From NCBI GenBank assembly GCA_951406725.2, contig OX597817.1, forward strand, positions 53,630,001 to 53,694,000: 64,000 nt of DNA, written 5' to 3'. The DNA is from Octopus vulgaris (lineage: Eukaryota). Under the pieces are notes generated by a model that saw nothing but the letters and a program-made list of their open reading frames with translations, was not told where the DNA came from and searched no databases. Below, piece after piece: positions 12,578 through 27,438 of the stretch (positions are counted from its first letter, which is position 1; every line of letters begins with the position of its first letter). The translations under genes were made by a program, and so were the position numbers.

Positions 12578-14651
12578 GAGGGAATCTTATTCCAAACTTA
12601 CAGGGAAAAATTCAATTTAGAAATACTAAATAAAATTTCACAAAATATAAAATATAATATATATAAAAATTAGAAAAAAACACCTTTTATCAATTCAATA
12701 ATGAAAAATTAAATTGCATCAAAAATTTAATTTTTCATTATTGAATTGATAAAAGGTGTTTTTTTCTAATTTATATATATATATTGTGTGTGTGTGTATT
12801 AGGCATTAATTGAAATAATTTTCTTCCTTGCATTTATTTTTTGATAACTTTATTATAACATTATAACATTCTCTTCTGGAGATAGATTTGCCCTACCTTA
12901 GCAATTATGGCTTCCTTGTGAATATGAAATATTGTAACCCCTGGTTGTTTGGTTTTAAAATATTTCCCAACATCTTCTAATAACTCTGAATCTTAATTAG
13001 TCTCAAGCAATTAAATATTTTTGAAGTTTTGCTATATTTGTTCCGTACTTGCTTCAGTTTTATCCAATTGTTTTTCTTTTTGCCCCTCCACACCAAGAAA
13101 AGCTTTGCTTCATCCATTTGAATTTCTTTAGAATTTTCCCTGTCCATCTCGTTCAGTTCTTGTCACCATTATCACACAACAAGAACCAAATGAGGTAGAC
13201 ATTCATTCAGTGACCAGGCATAGCTGACTTGTACAGTTATGATAAACATTTACTCTTGTATACGAGCCAGATCCAGCTCTTAGCTAAATCCATTATGATG
13301 ATTGTTCTGCCATGCTTCTTTAACCAGGCTAGGAAGGCAGTTTTTTTCTGTCTCAAAGCTATAAGATAAAGGGATTGTGTGATGGAAGTGATTCAATGGT
13401 CTGTGGCCAGACCATTCTCATTAGTTGAGCTCTCATCACTACTTTTTCACGTTTCACCTGAAAATAAGGTGAGGGTGGTGCTATTTTCAAGTGAATCTGT
13501 TGAAAACTGGGAGTAAGCAATGAAAATGGCATGGGTGGGTAGGGACACTCTAAGTGTGGACATGTAAGATCAGGGAATGAGTTGTAGAGGTTACTTTAGT
13601 TTTCAGTGTGATGTTGTATCTGTGCCGTTCTTTGGGTCCTGGTTGGAGATCCTCCTGTATCTGGAGGACTGTATCCCCATCATCAGTTATTACCTTGTAT
13701 GCATAGATTTCATTTTTTAAAAATATTTTTCTCTGTAACCCATCCTTCTCACAATTAATGTCTGTCTTTGTAATTGTCCCCCATCCAAATAGAAGAAATC
13801 GATTTTATTAAGAAACGGTTAATGTTTTATGTTTACCGCTAGAATTTTCTGATTCACTCCAAACTGGGCAACTTGCCCAGACCAATAATTCAGCTTTTGT
13901 GAGCTAAGAAATCTAAAAGGTAATCTACTATATATTTGTAAAAAAAGCAGACATTGTCCCACAAGCAGTTGTGAAGGCAAGAGTTTTGTAAATGTGGTTG
14001 GATTGACCTGAAAATGTGCACACCTATGTTAAAAGTGCTGGAGAGTTTGCATGGCAACTTTGAGTTTGCTCAATTGAAAGACATGGCCTCTAGGGCAAAA
14101 TTCCCCATCTTTAAAATGTGGTCGAGTAGACCCAAATGAAATCAGGTTATACTATTAGTTTCTAAATAAATCTCAAAAGGAAATCTTCGCAACATCTTTC
14201 TAGAAAGAAGACACTTACAAGTAATAATAATAATAGTAGTAATTATTATTATTATTATTAGAGTTCAGATTCAGCCAGGGTCGACTTTCATTCCTTTTGG
14301 GATCAGTAAAATAAGTACCAGTTGAGCACTGGGGTCAAAGTACCCCCTCCCCTGAAACTGCTGGCCTTGTGCCAAAATTTGACACCCATCATCATCATCA
14401 TCATCATCATTATTATTATCACCACCATCATCATCATCATCATCATTATTATTATCATTACCACCAGCATCATTGTTGTCATCATCATCATCTTCCTTGT
14501 GTTGTGGGCATTGGTTAGTTACCCTTACTTTTGGATTCAGCTCTTGCTGGGTTTTCATTTGGGGTTCATAAAATATGTACCAGGAGTCAACTCGGGATGA
14601 TGTAATCAGTGATACTTTTGTTACCAGAATTACCAAAGTTGTTATTATTCA

Positions 14652-14684
<33 letters not shown>

Positions 14685-14934
14685 CTTTATTAACCACAAG
14701 GGTTTACATTGAATAAAGATTTGGGAGTTGTTGCTTTGAGCCAGGTTTTGATTCAGTAATCCTATGATGTAAAATATGTTAGCCATGAACATCATGTCAT
14801 GTTTTTAGTCACAGTCTAACAAGGACTACATTGTCCAATGTGTTCTCTCCTCAAGATAGCAGAGTGTGAGTTGAGAGAAACTTGGCTGCTATCTTTAGCA
14901 GATTCAGTATCCTTGTAGTGGCTTCCTTGTTGGT

Positions 14935-15160
14935 TTGCTGTTGTTGTTGTTAAGCAACAAGATGGGTAAGGGTGATAAGGTGATGGTGTAGGGCTTAGGG
15001 GTGGGAGACCCCAGATCTTGGGGAAAAAAAAGACTTTCGGTTGTCTTGTTGTAGTCGAGGGCTCTTCGTTGTCGCCCAACACCACTGGGAGGTGGCCCTC
15101 GAAGTCGCTGGAAATGGAGATCTCCAGGTCCAAATTCTTGGATGGCTGCTGCTGTTGAAC
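14935..15160. repeat. Dispersed ~230-bp repeat; inverted copy at 50450-50660
   Basis: ttaagcaacaagatgggtaagggtgat...ggagatctccaggtccaaattcttggatggctgctgc matches the reverse complement of 50450-50660. Confidence 0.8.
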
Positions 15161-18100
15161 CAAGTGTTAAAGCCTGTTTTTATTTTCAGACTTTAGAATT
15201 ACTTGCCTCACTAATTACCAATAATGACCAAGATGAACACCCCAAATTCCCGTCTGTCTGTTCCTCTCCTGCATTCAAACTTCAGATATTTGTAAGAAGT
15301 TTTTCTCCTCAATCAGTTTGAACAAAGACCGCTAGTAAATCCACTCCAGGAATTTTACCATTGTCAGAGTCTTTATTTGATTGTAGCCTCTTCTCTTCTC
15401 CACTTAATTCAAGAATTAAGAATGGCACCAATTATATTCAAGACTTTCTTTTATTTACTTTCAACAATTAATATTGTTTTTTGTTGTTGTTTTAACAAAT
15501 ACATTCTTTAATATTGGATTTATAGATCTATAAACTTTATTTAGGACTTCCCTCAACATCATCATCATCATTTAACATCCGTTTTCTATGCTGGCATGGG
15601 TTGGATGGTTTGGCAGGAATTGGTCAGCCAGGGAGTCTGTCCAGACTCCAATTGCTCCAGACTCCAGTAGTTCCCAAAGCGGGCAGTATTGCTCCCCTTG
15701 GAGATGGGGGGTGGAAAGTTCCAAGCGGAGCATTGAAGAAAAGTGGGTTGATAATGGTGGGGGTGGGGGCGATTCATGTAAAACGTGGGACGATAATGGG
15801 TGGGGAGCGATTCATGTAAAAACAACAAAATAATGGGTTCATTAGGTTAAGTTTTATTTGTGAAATACATTTGCTTTGAATTTGCTTCGGAAAGAGGTCT
15901 ATGTTTCTGATTTTTAGTTGGGGTGAGGGTGCTAGGAATGTGGCCTGGGTGGCAGGTGGGTGGCAGTCTGAATAAGTTTGGGAACCACTGGATTAAATGA
16001 ACAATAAAATATGTGATGATGTTATAAAGATTAATAACCATTTTTAATTTTGGCACAAGGCCAGCAATTTTGAAGGGAAGGAGAAGTCGATTACAGCAAC
16101 CCCAGTGCTCAGCTGGTATTTATCTTATCAACCATGTAAGGTTGAAAGGCAAAGTAAATCTTGGTGGCATTGGAATTCAAAACACGAAATCCAAAGAACT
16201 GCCACTGAGCATTTTTGTCCAGCGCAGTAACAGTTCTGCTAGCTCAACACCTGGTCCCCTTCGGTCATGAATGATCATGCGATTTCACCTAGAAAGTTAC
16301 CCTCCGGGGCACAAGTCCAGGCAAGGTTGTTTGTGGAAGACCAGCAGTCGCCCATGCATAACTAGCCTCCTCTCTCCACGCCACCAGTGTTATTTAAGGG
16401 AAAGGCAAGGGCTTGGCACCAGTGATGTCACAACTCATTTCTACAGCTGAGTGAAATGGAGCAATGTAATGTGGAATAAAGTGTCTTGCTCAACAATACA
16501 ACAAACGTTCCAGTCTGGGAATCGAACTCACTACCTTATGATTGTGAGCTCAACACTTTAACCACTGAGCCATGCACCTTCACCTTATTAGCCACCTTAT
16601 AGAGGTTAATAATAATAATAGTGATGCTGCTGCTGATGATGATGATACTATTGATAACTAAGTTTAGTGAATTGTCATATGCTTTCAGTCATCATCATCA
16701 TCATCGTTTAACGTCTGCCTTCCATGCTGGCATGGGTGGGATGGTTTCACAAGAACTGGCCCGGCAGAAGCCTGCACCAGACTTCTGTGACTGTTTTGGC
16801 AGGACTTTTACAGCTGGATGCCCCTCTGAATACCAACCACCCAGCAGAGTGGACTTAGTGCTTTTTACATGGCACAAGCAATGGTGAGGTCAGTTTTGGC
16901 AAGGATTTTACAGCTGGGCACCCTTCTGAACACCTACCACTTACTCTATTTATATTATTGTGATTATTTCAAGGGGTTATTATCAGTATATTTGGAAGCA
17001 AATAAGAGTGTCAAAGACATGAGTGGCGATGGGGGATAGTCTTCTGTTTGTCGTTGTTTAGCCCTGAGTGTGTCCTGGTTGAGCAGATTGATGATCAAAG
17101 CTATTGCTACTCTGACCCCCATTTCATATACCTGTGCTTACCCTGGCCAATTTCCCCTTTCTCTCTCAAGATGAAATAGAGGGTTTCATGTCAATTTACT
17201 GTTTTGCTGCTATGTCTAGCAGGTTAACTGACCACATAGTTACCTTAATTGTCTCCTGACTTGAAGTTGTAACCGTTGTTGTTGTTGTCTTTCCATAAAC
17301 AACAACAAACCACTTCTATTTCTTTCTCTCCTTCACATCTCATCTATTAATTCTTCTTTCCTCTGTTGCCGATTTCTGTGTCCCTGGAAGTCTTCTTATT
17401 GTCTGCTGCTGCTGCTGCTGTTGTTGTTGTTGTTGTTGCTGCTGTTGTTATTATTGCTGCTGTCCATGTCTCCCCTCTCTTCCCTGTCTCTACTACTACT
17501 ACTACTAACCATTGACTACGGTGCCTCTGTTACCATGCACCAATTTTGCTCTTTTACGGAAACACGGGAACTAACCTGATTATGTTTCACTTACCGAACT
17601 AGATAATGGCTCTCAATTCCAAACACAACTGAGAGCTCACATGCTCACACACACACACACACATGGACACACATACACAGATGAATGTAAGTGTATGTAT
17701 TTTAATATATTTTGGGTGGTGAGCTGGTAGAATCGTTAGCACACCTGGCAAATTGCTGAGCAGTATTTCATCCATTTTGACAGTCTGAGTTCAAATTCCA
17801 CCCGAGTTTGACTTTGCTTTCATCCTTTCAGAGTTGATAAAATAAATATTAATTGAACAATGGGGTTGATGTAATCAACTCACCCTGCCCTCATTTCCTG
17901 AAATTGCTAGTTTTGTGCCAAAATTTAAAGCTAATATTTCGCTGAGGCTTAGTGATGATAGTGGCCAGGTATTAGCACTCAGTATGCATATGCTATAAGT
18001 CCATTACATAATTTCTTGTTCCCTTCTCAGATACAGAATTCCTTAGTTGATTGAATGTCAACTCCAGTACCTATTTTTATTAAAACTTAGTAGTCATTCT

Positions 18101-18183
18101 ATTGTTGAACTGCTAAGTTATAGGGATGTAAACACACTAACATAGGCGGTAAAGCAGTGGTGGGACACACACACACACACAAA

Positions 18184-18232
<49 letters not shown>

Positions 18233-18472
18233 TGTTGTGCCTGGGAGAGTCATTTTCTTTTTGTGCCTTATAATGTAACTCACTCACCAGTAAAATTTCC
18301 ACTTATTTCTTATTTTCATTTTCCTAAAATTTTCGTTGCATCTTGCAGCCTTTTCACGGTGAATGTGTTACATTATAAGGCACAAAAAGAAAATAACTCT
18401 CCCCAGACACAACAGAATATGCTTCAACACACGAACTCATATAAAGAATCTTGCAAACCAAATCCAAAAACG

Positions 18473-18509
<37 letters not shown>

Positions 18510-20290
18510 ACACACACACACACACATACAATTTGTGACAGAAAGGTTACCCCTATTTCAAATTATTAACTTTTGAAATCAGGGGCAACCTTTCTGCTGC
18601 ACCATGTTTATGATGGGCCTCTTCCAGTTTCTGTCTACCAGATCCGCTCACAAGGCTTTGGTCGGTCCTAGGTACCATGTAGTGGGACTGAACCTGGACC
18701 ATGTGTTTCGGAAGCAAACTTCTTGCTACTTTTACACCTAGTTATCAATACAATGACAAATAGGAGGTGGGGGGAGGATGAAGTAAGGTGAGCTCTTATA
18801 TAGATCCATGATGCTATTGTCATTAAGATACTGAGAGTTGTTTGACTGTTCTAACTGATAATGATAATGGTGATGTTGATTTCTATCAGTTAAAGACCAG
18901 GCAGTTTATTTAATGTTTTGTTGTTGCTGTTTTTGTTCTTTTGTTCATCTTAAGTAAACTAATCTCATACCTGTTCTCTAATATATTCAATAAGCCAGCT
19001 TTAATTATATTCTTTTAGCTGAGTTGTTTTACTAATTAACAAACATTAACAACGTCCAGTGCTTGATTAAAATAATTGGGACATCACTTGAAGGTGTCGT
19101 CCTCACTAAGTGACACCCTCAACTGAGTTTCCTTTTGTTTGTCTAGTGTTGACAGCAAGTTAAGATATACTACCCTATCACCTGCCCCAATTAAACATTG
19201 CTCATGGTACACATTTATGAAATTAATGGACACAACACAACTCTGGTAATGAAACATCAACCGTTTAACCCTTTATCCATATACCTGATATTTTACCAAC
19301 TCATCCAACCCTGCTTTCCTGTAGTAGAAAATATTTAGTGCTGGCCACCTCTGCAGGAATTGTTGTCTTGCTTGCCTTTGCTGTTCTATGTATACTGCCA
19401 CCACATAACAATGGAAACAATTTTGATCATTTGATTATGCTGATATCGCACCAGCTTTGGTTATTCTGTAGACTGCTACCATTTGAACATCTTATCACCC
19501 TCACCCCTGTTAATGCTTCTGTGATTTCCTCCTCCTTGCACACTGACTCAGTAGTCATCCACTGTAGATGTTGCATTGCTAGTATTCTCGGTGAAGGGGC
19601 TCCTGGTTTAACTCTACCTAACCCGAAAGCCGAGTAACCCTGCCACCAACACAAAAACATTTTTACTGAATTCTGTTGCAAAAATTGTGACATATTGCAT
19701 TTTGCTGAGTTTGTTGTTGTTGCTTAGCCCCTGGTCAGTCCTTGTTAACCAAGCCTTATGGCCAGTGCCATTCCGGCCATAAAAATTTAGGGACAGTAAT
19801 CCAAGGGTTACATTATCCAGTGTGCCCTTATTTTATAACTGTATGGTTTGATTTGAGGGAAATTTTGTTGTGGTTTCTAGCAAGTTGAGTGTCCATGTAG
19901 CAGTTCCCTCATTAGTACAGACACTGTTTAATGTGTCATTGTACTAAATACTAATGTATGCTATATATAAGGAGACTTAGGTGCCTACAAATGTATACTA
20001 GTGGTGAATGGTCACCACTATAGAAACTGATTTGGTGTTTAGTGAGTTATTAAGGCATAGTAGTTGCGATCTGTCAGTTACACACACTGATGTGGTGTAT
20101 AGTAAATACACTGATGTGGTGCATAGTAAATTATATCGCAGTATTAAAGCTATTGATCTGAGGGTATGATCAATGGGTAAGACGATTCTTTATTATTCCA
20201 ACAATTTCTGTAACTCTAACTGTGCCAACTTATAGATCCGTTTTCTATCAGAATTGGAAATAAAATAATAAATGGCAACATCTGAAGAAT

Positions 20291-20392
20291 ACATTGTTTA
20301 CATTATTTACATTTGACGGATATTTGTCCTCATCTTGTTTGTTGTTAATGTAAATAATGTACATAACTCCTCATCTTAAATATAGAACTTTA
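20291..20392. mobile_element. Internally deleted relative of the 32599-33294 foldback element
   Basis: tttacatttgacggatatttgtcctcatcttgtttgttgttaa is joined directly to tgtaaataatgtacataactcctcatcttaaatatagaac, so only the two arm ends remain. Confidence 0.65.
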
Positions 20393-21453
20393 TTATCTGA
20401 AGAATAATTGGGTATCTTGACATACTGCTTCCCACTTCATGTTCCTTAGTTCTGTTGTTAAGGGGTATTTTAGAAGGGGTTCTTCAGTGGAGGTTTACTG
20501 CTAGACACACACAGGGCCCAGCCATGGGAGTAAAACTTCAAGACATTGGTTTATTTATTGGCAGTTCCATTAATTTACTTCTGACTGCCACTTGGCCCTT
20601 ATTTAAAAGGGCCAAGTCATTGTTAGTAGAAAGTGATAGGGTTTCCCTTTTTTTTTTTTGTCCCTTTCTTTAGTCTTGGAAGTCCCCCATTGATTCCATA
20701 TTAATATCAGTTACCCCCCTACTCCCATCCACCACCATATCTTACCTATGGCTGCTTTACACTTGATGCTTCAAGACAATTTTACACTAGCTTTTCTTTC
20801 TTATTTTTGTATTTTTAAATATATTTTTTTCAGTTGGCTTTACTTTATTTCAATGAAGAACTGTCCCTAAAGTAAAGATGATTCCACTATTAGACAAATA
20901 GATTTCTCTCACTAGACACCTCTCCCCACTCTTCCCATCTCCTTAAATTCCTTTGAATTCCTTGTAATCCCTACTTCTGTGACTCTTCAAACATGACTCC
21001 CCTCCTCTCACCAATATAGTTAGAAGTGTTGCTTTTCTGGACAGTTCTTCATATTGCCATTCTGTTCAGCGAAATGGCTTGGCAATGCTACCAGTTCTTT
21101 CTCAAACACACACACACAGTCTTTCACACCGATTCTTATTCTTACCTAACTGCATTTTGTTCCCTTTCCATCTTCCTTTCTCGCCACCTTTATTTCTTTT
21201 TCCTCCTTCTTCTTTATCCCCCACCCAAAAAAACCTTTAGTTTGCTTTCCATTTATTTCCTTATTGATTTGACTTAATAACAATAATAATAATAATAAAT
21301 AATAATAATAATAATAATCTAATTTGCTGCAAGACTTTGACCGTGTCTCTGCTGTCTCAGTCTGTATGGCATTCCCAGTGATTGCCATCCCCGTGAATGC
21401 CATCCTTTAAAGGTCACAGTCACCCAACTTGGAACTTTTGACTTTCATTTCAG

Positions 21454-21633
21454 GCTCACCTTTGTGCATGCGATGACATAGTGGAGATGTTACGACCTGC
21501 ACGAGTCGCTTTCACTGTTGAGCAGTTGATGTGCTTTCCTCGACTAACAGCTAAAGACTATCTCGTTACCTACTTCTGTGCAATCATTTTACTTTCCAAC
21601 CTCCTGCTTCTCTGGATATTTCCACCATCATGA
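21454..21633 (+). CDS. LRCH: LRCH proximal alternative last exon with a C-terminal hydrophobic (tail-anchor-like) segment: AHLCACDDIVEMLRPARVAFTVEQLMCFPRLTAKDYLVTYFCAIILLSNLLLLWIFPPS*
   Basis: Acceptor ttttgactttcatttcAG (21452-21453), phase 0, 59 codons plus TGA (21631-21633). It supplies the last CH helix (LC..DI.E......VA.TV..L) and a 21-residue hydrophobic stretch. AATAAA at 21711 and about 2.7 kb of UTR-like sequence follow. Confidence 0.85.
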   Translation, partial: AHLCACDDIVEMLRPARVAFTVEQLMCFPRLTAKDYLVTYFCAIILLSNLLLLWIFPPS

Positions 21634-24370
21634 AAAGGAATGCTTTGCATGGTGGACGCTACTACTTACTAACCATTGCTATTCCTTCCCCTCCTAAACA
21701 AGAAAAAAAAAATAAAACAAGCGTAAGAAGAAGAAACAACAAAAAAACAAAAACAAAGGATATTTTATCCTAACCATAATAATATACTTTCATTATTAAA
21801 TTGCAATTGATGATGATGATGATGATGATGATTATAATGATGGTTCAAAGAATAACATTCAGACCAATGAAAAAGTTTAAAAAGAAAAAGAAAACAAAAA
21901 CAGAAGAAAACTCTCCAGAAAATGACAATTTTTCTTTTTCCAAACTTTGAAAAAAAAAAAAAAAAAAAAGAAAAGAAAAAAAGAAACAAAAAAAGAAGAG
22001 AAAATGGTAAAAATTGTCAAGACCCTAAAATGGTGGAAACAAGTTATGTGAAGAATGAAGCCATCGTTTCCGTTACGTGGTCAGTGATTGTCCATTTTTC
22101 TGTTGTGGTTTACCTTGTGACTTTGTGGACGTGACTTCAACACCAATGATGGACGCTCATTGAGAATGGTTACCCATGACTGAATTCAGTTTTGGTGACC
22201 ACATTGCGACATAACCCTACATTGCACCGACAGTGGACCAAAAAGATTGGTAGCAGAACAGACATTCTTCCTTGAGGCAGTTTTTCATGGAACCAGTGCC
22301 TCTTCTAACCTGACAAAAATCTACACTTCTCTTTCTGTTGCTGCTGCTGCTACTACTACTACTACCACCAATACTACTACCAATATTACTACCACTACTA
22401 CTATCATCATCAATGCAAAAACTAAACAAATATTCACCCACCATGATGAGGATGATAATAATGATTATATTAATTCTTGGATGTTGCCGAGTCAGTCATT
22501 CGCTCCTATTATTCAACTAACTTTTCCACTGTTGTGTTGCCATGGGGCCAACACTGTGCCATGCCACCACAAGAACATGCGACACCTCCCATGACCCCTA
22601 ACCCAAGCCCAAACAATCCTTGTTTTGTCCAGCTTTTTTTTATTTTTTTTTTTGTTTGTTTGGTTGGTGAAAAAAAGAAAAGAAAAAAAATGAAAAGAAA
22701 TAAACAGATGAAAACATAAACAGTGATGACTAATTCAGAAGCTGGAAGACGAAACCCCCCACCCCCGCTTTTTTTTTTTATCTCCCTTCTAACCCTAACC
22801 ACCCCTAATATTGAACATTAACTACAAAAGAAAACAACTCCCTGCTCTCCACAATTAACTTGCTTCATCCTTTTGTTTGTTTCTCCATTAAAAAAAAAAA
22901 ACAACCAACCAACCACACACACACACACACAAATGTGTATTCATGTTTCAATAGACTGCCAACAAAGGGAGAGAACCAGGCTTTTAAAATTTTTTTCCTT
23001 TTGGCTGTGATTTTTGGTTTGCCAGCATCAAATGATAATTTTTTTTTTTTGTATCCTCCCTATCTATTTTCTGTCCATCAGTCTTATACTTTCTCTCCTT
23101 CTGTCTCTCTCTTTCTCCCTATTTAAGCTTAAGCATCTGCTCTTGCCTGTTGTCTTTTTCTTTCTTTTTCTCCTCTACACAACACCAACCACACACACAC
23201 ACACACATGTTGTTACATAAATAAGGTTAACAGAATTGGATGTAATTTAAGCCAAGATTTTGTTGAGCCAAACATCAGGTCGGCTACATATCAGGGGAAC
23301 AATGTGTTGATTGAAACCTTGGTTTCGATATGTAATCCCGTTAACTTTCCACAGAAGAAACACACATCACACTCCACATTCCCATCTGAAGAACTGATTG
23401 AATCCTTTTATGTTGTTACATCTCAAAATAGACAAAAAATATCACACACACACACGTACAAAATACTTATCTCTACTAAAACTATGGAATGGCATGTATC
23501 TTGACCAAATTGAATGCAAAATGTCCTGCTCTGTCCAATCTTCTTTTCAACTAACCTCACTGCTCAACCGGTTCCCAACAATGGATAATAATGCAATTGA
23601 GACTGAACTTGTCAATATTTTCAAATTACAAATTTTAAAGGAAAAAAAAGAAAAATTTCAGAAACAGATGGAAACCTCATTAGAGGGGAATTATTTTGTT
23701 TTTCAGAAAAGTTTCCTTTATCTCCCTCAGGAATTCATGTAAATGGAAGCAACTAAATTGGTGCAATAACTTATATCCACCCATCTTTCAGAGAAAAAAG
23801 CACAAAGAACTTTTACATACTCTCTCGCTTTCTCTCTCTCTCTCACACACACACAAACACATACACACACACTCACTCACACAGATATATAGAACACAGC
23901 ATGTTTTAGCAATGCAGTTAGAAATTCAATCATCAATAATAGCAGGAGCGAAGATATTGTAATGTTGCCTAAGCAATATTTAATCCTAATATTTCGGGTA
24001 AAATGCCCATCTTCACAAAGCTGTTAACATCTTAAGGAACTGAGAGCAGGAAGTTGTGCATCCTTTATGTCGGCATGCTGATTCACGATGAATCATGAAG
24101 GATGCAAAACCTTTACCCCACTCATGTTCCCTTAACACCTTCACAAAGGAGCATTTTACCTAAAATATTATACTTAAATATTTCTAAAGCAATATTTCAT
24201 TATCTTTGTTATCAGTATTTAATGCTTGAACTGTATTGTTGTTGCTACAGCCTTTTTGAAATACACACTTTCCTACATATGCTGCAATACTTCAAGGACA
24301 CTACAACACTCTTCTATATATATATATTTAAAATTAAATTTGGGTAGAAATTGATAATAATCAATTAAAA
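21634..24370 (+). other. Probable 3' UTR of the proximal (TM) LRCH isoform; 3' end uncertain
   Basis: About 2.7 kb without recognisable SINEs or MITEs in an otherwise SINE-rich intron. It is rich in A/U tracts, with AATAAA at 21711 and ATTAAA near 24333 and 24363. Confidence 0.45.
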
Positions 24371-24421
24371 CCAGTGGCCTAGCATATTTTTAAAAAAATC
24401 TGAAGATTAAAAATTTTTTTA

Positions 24422-24669
24422 CATACAAAATTTAGAGGACTGGCCACTAAAAGTGGACAGCCTATACGCTAGATATAGACGCTAAAATCGCCATTTTCCA
24501 TGAAGAATTTGTTCTCGAAGAAAAAACTCAGCAAAAAACCAAAATGTAAAAATAAGCAGGTTTTTGCTGAGTTTTTTCTTGAGAGCAAATTCTTCGTGGA
24601 AAATGGCGATTTTTACATCTATATCTGGCGTATAGGCTGTCTACTTTTAATGATCAGTCCTCTAAATTT

Positions 24670-24675
<6 letters not shown>
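24422..24675. mobile_element. Foldback MITE, about 255 bp, TA-flanked
   Basis: tacaaaatttagaggactg...ctcagcaaaaa pairs with tttttgctgag...cagtcctctaaattttgtgta, with a short central spacer. Confidence 0.8.
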
Positions 24676-24711
<36 letters not shown>

Positions 24712-25537
24712 GGCAGTGGATTGGTAGATTCATTTGTGGTGAGCAAGGGCAAGATAACTTGCCGTATTTAAGTATGGCCCTTTTTGTTCTGAGTTCCAAT
24801 CTCACTGAAGTTGAATTTGCCTTTCATTTTTCTGGGCTCGATGTCATTGACTCTCTTTATCCGCACTGGTATCTAAGATACACAGTAAAAAGACAATACG
24901 TGTGCATGTATATAATTCTCTGTGTGTCTATTATGTATATGTGTATATATGTCAATGCGTGTGTGTGTGTGTAAATTTTACATTGGAAACTTGGAACATT
25001 CCAACCAGAATGAAATAATCCATTTTCTTTTTTGTTTTTCTTTGTATTCTTAGATTTTACTCTTGGCCCTTTTTTAGGACCACATTCTAGCTATTTATTC
25101 CTAAACAAAGTAGGTTCCCCCAGTCTTTCTCCTCTTGCCTTCCTCCGGTGATAAACCTTCCTCACACAAACTTATAAATTTAATCAGAGAGCTTAGTTTT
25201 TGTCTGTTAAACTATCAAATAGCCCCAGACATTAGGAAAATTCTGGAATTTACTGTGTTGTGTTTGAATGGAAATCTTGTATCATTCCAGCAGAGAGGAG
25301 TTGCAAACTAATTCAATACTCTACTCCCCTACATGTGCGTGCATCGCACACACACACACTCACACACAAATATAAATAAAAGCATAAATTTCATGTATAG
25401 TTCATGCTTTTTCTCATCAGCTGTTAAGAGAAACACTGAGTTTAATGGTCTGTAATTAACAGAACTCTTAATTACTGTGGACTTATTTCTTTGTGTTTAT
25501 ACACAATCCTCTCTCACTGTTTGAGTGTGTGTATATG

Positions 25538-25588
<51 letters not shown>

Positions 25589-26356
25589 ATATATGTGTGT
25601 GTGTGTATACATACATTAAGAGGAGTAATTTACTTGAACTCTCTGTCTTTGTTTCTTCTAATGGAAGAAAACAAAAAAAGTTGGTGGAAAATTTCAGATT
25701 TACCATTATTATTATTTGGGGAATCTGTGGAGCAACTGTCAAAACAACCAAAGAATTTGCCATTAAGTCCTTTTGTGTCTGCCTGTGGATCAATAGACTA
25801 AGTACCTGCTTAATACTGGGGTCCGTATGTTAGGTTGTACTTCTTCCCAAGGTTTGTGTTGCTGTTTTCTATTGGAAACAATTTGAGCAAGGTTGTGGTG
25901 AGAAGAAAATGTTGAGTGTCTGACTGAATACCTGGTGGTTGTTAGTTCCCATCCATTACATTTTGAGTTCACTCCCTATCTAGAACTATGTTTTGTCTTT
26001 CACTATACTGGGGTACATTAAATAAGTACCAGTTATCTACTGGGACCAGTATCCTTGACTTTAAGCCCCCTGAAGTTTGTGGCATTGTGCCGGATCACAT
26101 TTTCATCGTTGTTATACTAGTAATGTTTTTGTTTTTTGTTTTTGGCTAAGAAAAAAAAAAAAAAGAGGCAATCAATGAAGCTCCCTAAACTATTTCCTTA
26201 CCATTTTCACTGGTCGAATATTCCCCAGACCAATGCAACAACAATTCTTCCTTCTTTGGTCATTCATGTCTTTTTCAAAAACTCTGAATGTTAATATACA
26301 TACTTGTGTTTGATTGTGTATGCATGTATTAATACAATATAATGGGCCTATTTGTG

Positions 26357-26393
<37 letters not shown>

Positions 26394-27185
26394 GTGTATA
26401 TAATGTTTAATGTAACCTGTGCCTCTCCTCACCCGGCTCAACCAAACATTTTTCTGATTCACCTCATCATTCAATACATGTTACTGAAGTTATCCTGTAT
26501 TTGAACCGCAAACCTCTCGATTCAGAACTTCACTATTTTCTACAGACTTCCAAGGAAACCTGTTAGCCCTTTTAAATTGTGTGTATGTCTGTATGCATAG
26601 ATGTATGTATGTATGTATGTGTGTGTGTTTGTTTGTATTCTTTTTTGCCTTAAGTTATTGTTTTTCCTTTTCTTATTTTTTTTCTTAATTAACTATGAGT
26701 TCATTAGTGGTTGTCAGTATACTTCTGTTTACTGTTATCCGTACTAATTACATTTAGTGCCTTAGACCATGTCTATAGTAACTCTTCAACATAGCCGGCT
26801 TTGAGTAGTGCCTGCTTCTTCTATCCTTTTGATCACTGACACCATTATAATACCACCACCCCTTATATATACAATGTGGTGTGGAGGATGAATACATGGC
26901 TATGTAAGGTACACACACCACACACTGTATGTTGTGTTTGTGTGTGTGTATGCATTTAATTAGGTTTCTGGACTAAGTCTCTCTTCTCTGTTCTTCTGGT
27001 TTGAGTCTTCATTTGTGATCTTTGTTGGTTTGGGGACAGCAGACTGCAGTGGAACAAAAAAAAAAACAGTTACATCATTTTATGTTGACTTGTCCCTTCA
27101 GCATTGCTTGTCCTTCTCAAAACTCATCATCATTATTATTATCATTGTTGTTATTATTATTATGCTTATTATTATTATTATTATT

Positions 27186-27400
27186 AAGGTGAAGGTGGTG
27201 AGACTGCTGAATTGGTAGAGCGTTGGTGACACACTTTGCAGTATTTGCTCCAGCTCTTCATATTCTGAGTTCAAATCCTGCTGAGGTTAACTTTCATTCT
27301 TTCAGGGTTAGTCAGCCAAAACTAATGGGGTTGTCAGAATTGACTTACACTCTGGCCTTGTGCCTAAATTAGAAACATTGTTGTTGTTATTATTATTATC

Positions 27401-27438
<38 letters not shown>

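Noticed and set aside
14271-15163. ORFs of 92-121 aa
   Set aside because: Derived from a (CAT/TAT)n tract, a SINE fragment and a dispersed repeat that recurs at 50450-50660.
20834-20875. Strong-looking acceptor giving LALLYFNEELSLK* as a third last exon
   Set aside because: No similarity to the CH terminal helix and very short. Treated as cryptic unless junction reads are found.
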